Assembly (NCBI GenBank): GCA_964430375.1
Contig: CAYSEZ010000002.1
Location: 3,591-37,952 of the forward strand
From: an uncultured Mycoplasma sp.
Lineage (GTDB): Bacteria; Bacillota_I; Bacilli_A; RF39; UBA660
Reading direction: 5' to 3'
Length of the DNA: 34,362 nucleotides
Numbering within the stretch: the first letter of the stretch is position 1; each line of letters begins with the position of its first letter. The notes below the pieces were generated by a model. That model worked only from the letters and a program-made list of their open reading frames with translations, was not told where the DNA came from and ran no database searches. This document shows, in pieces, positions 1 through 7,162 of the stretch. The translations under genes and the position numbers were made by a program.

Positions 1-95
1 TTGAAATAATGATACTAGTAGCATTTTCTATTATACCTATAGATTTAATTAGAAAGATAATATTAAGATTAAAAAATAAAGATACTTTAATATAA
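1..95 (+). CDS. 3' end of a P-type cation-transporting ATPase gene (partial; continues upstream of the window)
   Basis: The frame from nt 3 reads EIMILVAFSIIPIDLIRKIILRLKNKDTLI with a stop at 93-95. It is near-identical to the C-terminus of ORF 121..492, which carries an FNSFNAR-type last-TM tail typical of Ca/Mg P-type ATPases. Confidence 0.5.
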   Translation, partial: EIMILVAFSIIPIDLIRKIILRLKNKDTLI

Positions 96-120
96 AAAGT
101 AAAAATCGGAGCTAAGAAGC

Positions 121-492
121 ATGTTATCCGAGTTTTACTTTAATTTTTTTAAAAGTTTCTTTAGATATTCGGAAGATAATAAATATTTAATGACTGCTTT
201 TTTTGGATTATTTATATTTATAGGTATATTTAATAGTTTTAATGCTAGAACTACTAGATTAAATTTATTAAAAGGTATATATAAAAATAAAATATTTCTA
301 ATTATTATATCATTTATAGTAGTAGTACAATTAATACTTATTTATTATAGGGGAGATATTTTTAGAACATATGGTTTAACTTTTAAAGAACTAGAAATAA
401 TGATACTAGTAGCATTTTCTATTATACCCATAGATTTAATAAGAAAATTAATATTAAGATTAAAAAATAAAGATATTGATATAATTATATAA
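121..492 (+). pseudogene. Tandemly duplicated C-terminal fragment (last TM helices only) of a P-type cation ATPase. It may be a gene remnant or a small expressed membrane protein.
   Basis: The 123-aa ORF contains only ...FGLFIFIGIFNSFNARTTRLNLLKGIYKNKIFL...GDIFRT..L, the final TM segments of the P-type ATPase family. Nt 394-479 repeat nt 3-88 at roughly 90% identity. Confidence 0.45.
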
Positions 493-559
493 GTAAAGAT
501 GAAAATTTGACTTTTTGTCCATTTTAGTGTATAATATAGCTAATTTAAAGGGGGATATT

Positions 560-1078
560 ATGGATAGAGAAAATTTTTATAAATTATTTACTAAGGTTTT
601 ATCTTTAATAGAAGATGAAAGGTATGTATGTGTTATAAGTCGTGATAATAAGGCATCTTATAAAGATATTAATTATGCGTTAGTTACTATTTATGATAGT
701 TATAATGTTACTACTAGTATGAAAGATATTAGTTTTACTGAAAATGTTGTAAGAAGTAAGTATTATGATTTTACTTATTATCAAAGTGAAAAAGAAGAGT
801 TTAATACAGAGGTTATATCATTAGAGGAAATAAAGAAAATATTATTACAACATATAATAGAATTTCCTTATTTATTATTTTTATATACACTTATAGTGGA
901 TAAATATAATGAATTAAAAGATAATATTTATTCTTCTTCGTTAAATATAATATATTTAAATGATCCAGTAAAATTAGTATTAAGTGATGAAGAAATAGAG
1001 GATATTGTTTCTATTATGGGAAAATATTATAAAGAAGAAAAAAATATAAAAACTAGATTAAGAAAAAAAGAATTTTAA
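560..1078 (+). CDS. Hypothetical protein
   Basis: The ORF-track frame is 515..1078. The internal ATG at 560 is preceded by aaagggggat (SD). No motif was recognised. Confidence 0.5.
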   Translation: MDRENFYKLFTKVLSLIEDERYVCVISRDNKASYKDINYALVTIYDSYNVTTSMKDISFTENVVRSKYYDFTYYQSEKEEFNTEVISLEEIKKILLQHIIEFPYLLFLYTLIVDKYNELKDNIYSSSLNIIYLNDPVKLVLSDEEIEDIVSIMGKYYKEEKNIKTRLRKKEF

Positions 1079-1968
1079 AAAACTATTAATTTTAAAATTC
1101 TTTTTGTATTAGAAAAATTCTTTTTTGCTACTTTTTCTAAAACTTCTTTACCATACTTTTCTATTAATTCTTCACCAATTTTATCTACATTTGATCCTGA
1201 TCCTTTTGGAAGAGGAGTGTTATATTTATCAGATAATTTATCAAATTCTTTAATAAAAATATATCTACTTATTAAAGAAGCACACGCTACTGCATAGTTT
1301 TTATCTTCTGCTTTAGTCATAAAAGTAATATTTCTTACTACATTATCTATATCTTTTAAATAATTATAATAACTATTTTCTTTAGCAAATTCATCTACTA
1401 TAACGTATTCTATATCTTTTACTTCTTGTAACATAGAGTATAATACTTTATTATGCATAATAGCTTTTATTTTATTCATATTAGTTTCTTTACTATATTT
1501 TTCATTATATTCTTCATTACTTAATATAATACTTTTATACTTTATTACATTTATTATTTCAGGTACTATTTTTAATATTTTTTCATCAGTAAGTTTTTTA
1601 GAATCAGCAACTCCAAGTTCTTTTAAGAAAGGGATTTCTTCTTTTTTTACATATGCTGCAGTTACTACAATAGGACCAAAATAATCACCAGTTCCTACTT
1701 CATCAGATCCAATAGAAGTAACATTTAAATATTTGGTTTCTTTTATTTCTTTTTTATCATTATTAATTACAGCGCCCCACATATTAGCATCTATATCTGC
1801 GCTTATTCCTTGAAACATAGCTTTACCTGAATTATATAGGGTAATAATAGTATCTTCTTCTTGTGCCTGAAATATAGCATATGGTGGTGTTTTTTCTCTT
1901 ACTTTATCTTTATAATATTCAATCATTTTTTGTTTGGTTTCTTCATCAACTTTTATAACAACATTCAT
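1075..1968 (-). CDS. rnhC: Ribonuclease HIII
   Basis: It has an N-terminal DUF3378-like segment (PPYAIFQAQEEDTIITLYNSGKAMFQG) and the catalytic GSDEVGTGDYFGP motif. The 297-aa length is typical. Confidence 0.85.
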   Translation of the reverse strand: MNVVIKVDEETKQKMIEYYKDKVREKTPPYAIFQAQEEDTIITLYNSGKAMFQGISADIDANMWGAVINNDKKEIKETKYLNVTSIGSDEVGTGDYFGPIVVTAAYVKKEEIPFLKELGVADSKKLTDEKILKIVPEIINVIKYKSIILSNEEYNEKYSKETNMNKIKAIMHNKVLYSMLQEVKDIEYVIVDEFAKENSYYNYLKDIDNVVRNITFMTKAEDKNYAVACASLISRYIFIKEFDKLSDKYNTPLPKGSGSNVDKIGEELIEKYGKEVLEKVAKKNFSNTKRILKLIVF

Positions 1969-2045
1969 AAAATCAACTCCATATAAATTATTATAGCATA
2001 TTTTTAAAAAATAAGTTATAATTATTATAAGGAGAGTGAATATTT

Positions 2046-2753
2046 ATGCAAATGACAGATATTTTAATTATTTTACTTATATTATCTTTCGGGGTAACAG
2101 GGTTAAAAAATGGTTTTTTTAAACAAACAGTATTAACAATAGGTACAATACTTGTATTTGTATTATCTTATAAATTTAAAGATTATATAGCAAATTTTTT
2201 AAGTTTTCATTTGCCATTTTTTAATTATACAGGGCCTTTTGAAGGACTTACTACAATAAATATTATTTTATATCAAATGATATCTTTTATATTTGTATTT
2301 TTATTATTAACTTCAGTACTAGTAGTACTTTTAAAAGTAACTGGTGTATTTGAAAAAATATTAAAATTTACTATAGTACTAGGAATACCTTCAAAAATAT
2401 TAGGTTTTATAGTAGGGTTAATCGAAGGATATGTTGTAGTATTTATTGCATTATTTTTCTTAAGTCAACCTGCAGTTAATATTGATATAATAAATGATTC
2501 TACATTAAAACCAGTAATACTTAATTCTTCACCAGTATTATCTAATGTAGTAAAAAATACTAATGATACAATTAAAGAATTATATGTATTAGTAAAAGAT
2601 TATACAGTAACACAAGATAAAGATAGTTTTAATAAAAATAGTATAGATATAATGCTTAAAAATAAAGTAATAACTATAGAATATGTAGAAGAGTTAATAG
2701 AAAGAAATAAACTTGATATAACTATTAATAGTGTATTAGATAAATATAGATAG
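2046..2753 (+). CDS. cvpA: CvpA-family membrane protein
   Basis: Multi-TM protein starting MQMTDILIILLILSFGVTGLKNGFFKQ. An SD (aaggagag) lies upstream. Its position next to rnhC matches other Bacillota. Confidence 0.65.
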   Translation: MQMTDILIILLILSFGVTGLKNGFFKQTVLTIGTILVFVLSYKFKDYIANFLSFHLPFFNYTGPFEGLTTINIILYQMISFIFVFLLLTSVLVVLLKVTGVFEKILKFTIVLGIPSKILGFIVGLIEGYVVVFIALFFLSQPAVNIDIINDSTLKPVILNSSPVLSNVVKNTNDTIKELYVLVKDYTVTQDKDSFNKNSIDIMLKNKVITIEYVEELIERNKLDITINSVLDKYR

Positions 2754-2763
2754 GAAGTACTTT

Positions 2764-3804
2764 ATGAATAAAAAAGATTTAATTTTAAATGATAATGAAA
2801 TATCAGAAGTTAATACAATATATAATGATATAAGAGAAAAAGTAATTAATGCTAGATCTAAAATGTTAAAACAAATAGATACTACTATGACTGAAGTATA
2901 TTGGTATGTTGGTAAAACAACGTCAGAATTATTTAATAAAGCTGGCAATGATATATATGGAAAAAAATTAATCGAAGTTTTATCATCTAAATTACAAAAA
3001 GAGTTTGGCAATGGATTTTCTCCTGTTAGTATAAGACGTATGCGTAGATTTTATGAGTATTATCCAATATGGTCGACAGTGTCGACCGAATTGTCATGGG
3101 CTCACTTTCAAGAACTAATTAGGATAGATAGAAAAGAAGAAAGAGATTTTTATGAAGAAGAAACTATAAAATCAAACTGGGGATGTAGAGAACTACGTAG
3201 ACAAATTAATACAAAATTATATGATAGATATTTAATATCTCCAAATAAAAACTTAATTATGAGTGAATCAAAAAAAGATTTAATAGTAAAAGATCCTGAA
3301 GAATTATTAAAAAGTCCATATATTTTTGAGTTCGCAGGATTAAAAGAAAATAGAAATTATTTAGAAAATGATTTAGAAAAAGCATTATTAAATCATTTAA
3401 CAGAATTTTTATTAGAACTTGGTAGAGGATTTTCATTTGTAGCAAATCAACAAAGAATTAAAATAGGAGAAGAATATTATTATCCAGATCTTATCTTTTA
3501 TAATAGACTTGCTAAATGTTTCGTAATAATAGATTTAAAAATAGGTAAACTTTCACATCAAGATATTGGACAGATGCAAATGTATGTAAATTATTATAAG
3601 AAAACACAAATGATTGAAGGAGAAAATGAACCTATTGGGATACTACTTTGTGCAGATAAGGATAATGCAGTAGTAGAAATGACTTTAGGAGATAATGTTA
3701 AAAATATATATGCTTCAAAATATTTAACATATATGCCTTCAAAAGAAGAACTTATTAAAATAATAAAAGAAGAAAGAGAATTATTAGAATTAAATATAGA
3801 ATAA
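2764..3804 (+). CDS. YhcG-like PDDEXK nuclease (DUF1016 family)
   Basis: The N-terminal region has a YWYVGK...RRMRRFYEYY type motif. The C-terminal PD-(D/E)xK core reads YYPDLIFYNRLAKCFVIIDLKIGK. Confidence 0.7.
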   Translation: MNKKDLILNDNEISEVNTIYNDIREKVINARSKMLKQIDTTMTEVYWYVGKTTSELFNKAGNDIYGKKLIEVLSSKLQKEFGNGFSPVSIRRMRRFYEYYPIWSTVSTELSWAHFQELIRIDRKEERDFYEEETIKSNWGCRELRRQINTKLYDRYLISPNKNLIMSESKKDLIVKDPEELLKSPYIFEFAGLKENRNYLENDLEKALLNHLTEFLLELGRGFSFVANQQRIKIGEEYYYPDLIFYNRLAKCFVIIDLKIGKLSHQDIGQMQMYVNYYKKTQMIEGENEPIGILLCADKDNAVVEMTLGDNVKNIYASKYLTYMPSKEELIKIIKEERELLELNIE

Positions 3805-3818
3805 GAAAGGAAATAAAT

Positions 3819-4118
3819 ATGATAATAAACTTAAATAATGAAGATTTTAATGAATTAATAAAAGATAACACAGTAGTAGTAGATTTTTATGCTAATTGGT
3901 GTGGTCCTTGTAAAATGTTAGGACCAGTCCTAGAAGAAATAGCAAAAGAAAAAAATATTAAATTAATAAAGGTAGATGTAGATAAACATGATACTTTAGC
4001 AAGAAATTATGGTGTTATGTCTATACCATATGTATTAATATTTAAAAATGGGGAAATAAGTAATAAATTTATAGGTTATATGCCTAAAAATAGTATATTA
4101 AAAGAATTAGAAAAATAG
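3819..4118 (+). CDS. trxA: Thioredoxin
   Basis: WCGPCK active site in a 99-aa protein. Confidence 0.9.
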   Translation: MIINLNNEDFNELIKDNTVVVDFYANWCGPCKMLGPVLEEIAKEKNIKLIKVDVDKHDTLARNYGVMSIPYVLIFKNGEISNKFIGYMPKNSILKELEK

Positions 4119-4209
4119 TTTACATTTCTAATTTTTTTTAATTTATATTATTGTAAATATAAATTAAATATGATAAAATTATTTTATAAGTAAAGTAGAG
4201 AGTGATTAT

Positions 4210-6072
4210 ATGAAACTAAAGGAAAAATTAAAAGAAAATAAAAATTTAAAAACTATTATTTTAATAATTATAGCTATATTAGTAATAACAGGTATAACAT
4301 ATGCTAGTTTTAATATAAATTTTGAGGGTTTAATAAATATAAAAACTGATAGTCCCTCTATTAGTTTAACATATGAAGAACCTCCAACAGCATTAGAACA
4401 AACTAATTCTATATTAACTAGAGAAGAGTATAAAACAAGTAATGATTATTTTGAATTTAAAGTATCTAGTACTAGTAGTATTATTTATAATTTATATTAT
4501 AATATTTATTTAACTGAAAAAAAAACTAATACTTTATCTAAAGATAATTTATATATTTATTTAACTAAAGTAGATAATAATATTGAAGAAGAAGTATTAG
4601 AACCTACTTTAGTAAGTAGTTTAAAAAAACACTCTAATTATGATAATAGTTATATAATAACTTCTGATACTTTTGAGTTTTTAACTGAAACAAATGAAAC
4701 AAAAGAAATAACATATAGATTAAGAATATGGAATGAACCAAATAATTCATCTGATTCAATAACAATTAAAGGGGGTATATACGAATATACAGTAAATGTA
4801 GATACTTACGAACCAATAACTGGTTTATCAGTAATAAAAAGTCAAGTTAAAACAACAAATATAAGTTATAAATATGTAAATGGCGCAAATAAAACAATAG
4901 ATGGAGTAGCATATAACACAGATGATAATGGAGTATTCCTATATGATGGAACAGATGATAATGGAGGAAGTTATCCAATATATTACTATAGAGGTAATGT
5001 TACAAACAATAATGTAATATTTGGAGGATTCTGTTGGAAGATCGTCAGAACAACATCAACTGGAGGAATAAAACTAGTATATAACGGAACACCATCTAAT
5101 GGAGCATGTAGTAATACAGGAACATCTAGTCAAATTAGTACTAGTGCATTCAGTAGTAGTTATACCTCCCCAGCCTATGTAGGATATATGTATGGAACAG
5201 TATATGAATATAGTAGTAAATCACCAACAGGTACAATAATATATGGAAATGATGTAACATATTCTGATGGAACATATACATTAGTAGATACAACAACATC
5301 AACATCATGGAGTAATGACAGAACAACCCTAGCAAATGGATATCACTATACATGCTTTAGTAGTGATACAACATGTACAAGTGTATATTATATAATATAT
5401 TTTGGTAACTTAAGTACTGCATATTATCTAACATTTACAAATGGAGATAATCTAGATAGTGCAAAGACAAAGATGTATACAAATACAACAAATAGTACAA
5501 TCAAAGCAACAATAGATGATTGGTATAAAACTAATCTAACAAGTTATACAAATTATCTAGAAGATACAATATTCTGTAATGATAGGTCAGATGCAACAAG
5601 CACATCTTATAGTGGCCCTTTAGCAAGTAAAGATACAAATAATGGTTATTCATATTTTAAAAGCTATGAAAACACAGAAAATGGAACGCCAAGCCTAGAA
5701 TGTACAAATCAAAATGATAGATTTAGTTTAAGCACAAATAACGGAGGAACAAGTGGATATGGAAATAATGCATTAACATATCCAGTAGGATTACTAACCT
5801 TAGATGAAGCTGAACTAGCAGGTTCACAGTTTGTATCTAGTCATAGTAATTATTATCTATACACAGGACAATATTTCTGGGTTCTTTCCCCTGCTGGGTG
5901 GGGCAGCGATTGGGCTGACGGTGGTCGTGTGTACTCGAGTGGTGTCCTGGACTGGGTCAACGTGGATGGCAGTGGCGGCGTGCGTCCTGCCGTTTCGCTC
6001 CAACTTGGAACAGAGTTTGAAGCAGGAACAGACGGATCTGCGAGCAATCCATATGTTGTGAAAACTTCGTAA
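4210..6072 (+). CDS. Secreted or anchored surface protein with an N-terminal signal/anchor (KTIILIIIAILVITGITYASFN). Its N-domain is shared with ORF 28719..32402. The C-terminal module YFWVLSP...GVRPAVSL looks lectin-like.
   Basis: Long ORF with an SD (agagagtg) and a charged-then-hydrophobic N-terminus. Motifs shared with the 28719 ORF are TGITYA, NYFEF/NYFDF, LVSSLKKH/LVSSLNKH and YRLRIW/YRLRAW. Confidence 0.8.
   Translation: MKLKEKLKENKNLKTIILIIIAILVITGITYASFNINFEGLINIKTDSPSISLTYEEPPTALEQTNSILTREEYKTSNDYFEFKVSSTSSIIYNLYYNIYLTEKKTNTLSKDNLYIYLTKVDNNIEEEVLEPTLVSSLKKHSNYDNSYIITSDTFEFLTETNETKEITYRLRIWNEPNNSSDSITIKGGIYEYTVNVDTYEPITGLSVIKSQVKTTNISYKYVNGANKTIDGVAYNTDDNGVFLYDGTDDNGGSYPIYYYRGNVTNNNVIFGGFCWKIVRTTSTGGIKLVYNGTPSNGACSNTGTSSQISTSAFSSSYTSPAYVGYMYGTVYEYSSKSPTGTIIYGNDVTYSDGTYTLVDTTTSTSWSNDRTTLANGYHYTCFSSDTTCTSVYYIIYFGNLSTAYYLTFTNGDNLDSAKTKMYTNTTNSTIKATIDDWYKTNLTSYTNYLEDTIFCNDRSDATSTSYSGPLASKDTNNGYSYFKSYENTENGTPSLECTNQNDRFSLSTNNGGTSGYGNNALTYPVGLLTLDEAELAGSQFVSSHSNYYLYTGQYFWVLSPAGWGSDWADGGRVYSSGVLDWVNVDGSGGVRPAVSLQLGTEFEAGTDGSASNPYVVKTS
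5896..5985 (+). other. Candidate DGR-type variable region (VR) inside the 3' end of CDS 4210..6072
   Basis: Of 30 codons, 21 are NNY and the other 9 (ggg, tgg, gtg, tcg, ctg) contain no A. Nt 5881-6000 have A=10/120 and about 63% GC. Every A is at codon position 1 or 2. Confidence 0.45.
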
Positions 6073-6095
6073 AATCACAGTACCTGTTCCACACT

Positions 6096-6162
6096 CCGCG
6101 TAAGCGGCCTTCAGAAGTCAGCGGAAACCCTTCCGCTGACCTACCGCAGTCGTCTTCTGAAG
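6096..6162 (+). other. GC-rich nested stem-loop element just downstream of the stop codon of CDS 4210..6072
   Basis: Three stems are visible. ccgc-GTAA-gcgg lies at 6096-6107. The outer stem cttcagaa (6109-6116) pairs with ttctgaag (6155-6162). The inner perfect 9-bp hairpin is gtcagcgga/tccgctgac (6117-6140). Confidence 0.5.
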
Positions 6163-6219
6163 ATGATATTGTCAATCCAAAAGTTTTTTTGGGGTGATGC
6201 AGAAATAAAATTAGAAGGT

Positions 6220-6252
6220 CCTCTTGTTCTTCCTGAATGGAAGAACAAGAGG
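6220..6252 (+). terminator. Perfect 14-bp hairpin (cctcttgttcttcc tgaat ggaagaacaagagg) that may act as a terminator or insulator before sepF. It has no clear U-tract.
   Basis: The inverted repeat can be read directly. It is followed by cgaataaaaattt rather than a T-run. Confidence 0.4.
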
Positions 6253-6270
6253 CGAATAAAAATTTGAAAT

Positions 6271-6298
6271 TTAACTCTTTTTGTGAGAGTGATATAAT
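6271..6298 (+). promoter_or_regulatory. Putative sigma-A promoter for sepF
   Basis: TTAACT, a 16-nt spacer, then TGaTATAAT (extended -10), located 23 nt upstream of the sepF ATG region. Confidence 0.35.
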
Positions 6299-6320
6299 TA
6301 ATAATTTAAGGAGGAAAAGT

Positions 6321-6728
6321 ATGGCTTTTGATAAATTAAAAAAGATGATAGGTGATGATATTGGAGAACCTATTAATAGTGTAAATGATGATGAGTATTA
6401 TGAAACTAAAAATGGTTTTAATGAGGTTTCTAATGGAGGTAGTAAGATGATTCTTTTAGAACCTCGTGCTTATTCTGAATCTCAACAAATAGTTGATTAT
6501 ATTAAGGCTAGGAGTGCAGTTGTAGTTAATTTGAAAAGGGTAACTCCAGAGCAAGCTAAAAGAATAGTAGATTTTCTTTCTGGAGCGGTTTATGCTTTAA
6601 AAGGGGAACTTCAAAAGTTAGGTAATGGTATATTTTTATGTACTCCAAATAATGTTAATGTTGAAGGTAAAATAGGAGTAGAGGAGAAAGCAAAGGCAAG
6701 TAAAAAAGAAGAATATGATTGGGATTAG
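6321..6728 (+). CDS. sepF: Cell division protein SepF
   Basis: The ATG at 6321 follows aggagga. The conserved core reads LLEPRAYSESQQIVDYIKARSAVVVNL...AKRIVDFLSGAVYAL.G....LGNGIFLCTP. The ORF-track start at 6237 lies in a hairpin loop. Confidence 0.85.
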   Translation: MAFDKLKKMIGDDIGEPINSVNDDEYYETKNGFNEVSNGGSKMILLEPRAYSESQQIVDYIKARSAVVVNLKRVTPEQAKRIVDFLSGAVYALKGELQKLGNGIFLCTPNNVNVEGKIGVEEKAKASKKEEYDWD

Positions 6729-6738
6729 AGGTGATTAG

Positions 6739-7137
6739 ATGGATAATTTTAATGAGGAGCATTTAGGATATAGGAAACAAGAGGTTAATGAGTTTGTAGA
6801 TTATGTTATAAAGAAGACTGAAGAGAATATATCTACTATTAAGAGTCAAAAAGATGAAATACTTCGTTTAACTAATGAACTTGAAGAGTATAAACGTTTA
6901 TATTTGACTAATTTTAAAATTAATAATCCATCTTATTTATCTGAAAAAGAGGCTGATTTAATTATTAAGGAAGCTAAGGATAATGCTAGTCGTATTGTTA
7001 ATGATGCTTTGTTAAAAGCAGAGAAGGTTGAGAATCAAAAGGAACTTTTAAATAAGAGTATAAAGATGTATAAGAAAAAGATTAGAAGTACTTTAATGGA
7101 ACAATTAGATATTTTAGAGGATATAGAGATTTTATAA
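6739..7137 (+). CDS. DivIVA-domain protein
   Basis: N-terminal F..EHLGYRKQEVNEFVDYV motif followed by coiled-coil-like sequence. It lies immediately after sepF. Confidence 0.7.
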   Translation: MDNFNEEHLGYRKQEVNEFVDYVIKKTEENISTIKSQKDEILRLTNELEEYKRLYLTNFKINNPSYLSEKEADLIIKEAKDNASRIVNDALLKAEKVENQKELLNKSIKMYKKKIRSTLMEQLDILEDIEIL

Positions 7138-7162
7138 TCTTTTTTTTAAAAAAATAATGAAA

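Noticed and set aside
2736-3011. Antisense or shadow ORFs of 60-104 aa lie inside longer genes. They are 2736..3011-, 3257..3445-, 5150..5353-, 7188..7373+, 8211..8525+, 8586..8834+, 9282..9485+, 10628..10810+, 16607..16858-, 20238..20477-, 28272..28466-, 31286..31522-, 33082..33315- and 34024..34305-.
   Set aside because: Each is fully embedded opposite a well-supported CDS. Their composition is low-complexity and rich in I, L, F and S, as expected for the antisense strand of AT-rich coding DNA. None has an SD.
5831-6175. Four overlapping ORFs in other frames and strands (5831..6061 +, 5853..6047 -, 5857..6078 -, 5957..6175 -) might be hidden genes in the GC-rich island.
   Set aside because: They exist only because GC-rich sequence lacks stop codons. 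None has an SD or a recognisable motif. The frame of CDS 4210..6072 runs through the block with a sensible domain sequence.
5880-6260. The GC-rich island might be a housekeeping structured RNA (tmRNA, RNase P, SRP/4.5S or 6S RNA), since these often stand out as GC-rich in AT-rich genomes.
   Set aside because: I could not find the conserved cores. There is no GGAAAGUCCGG-type P4 of RNase P. There is no tRNA-like 3' end with CCA or tag ORF as in tmRNA. The SRP domain IV GGAA/AGCA motif pair is also absent. Half of the island is clearly in-frame coding sequence.
6237-6320. The ORF-track N-terminal extension of sepF starts at 6237.
   Set aside because: The ATG at 6237 lies in the loop of a perfect 14-bp hairpin and has no SD. 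The ATG at 6321 has aggagga upstream and gives a normal-length SepF.
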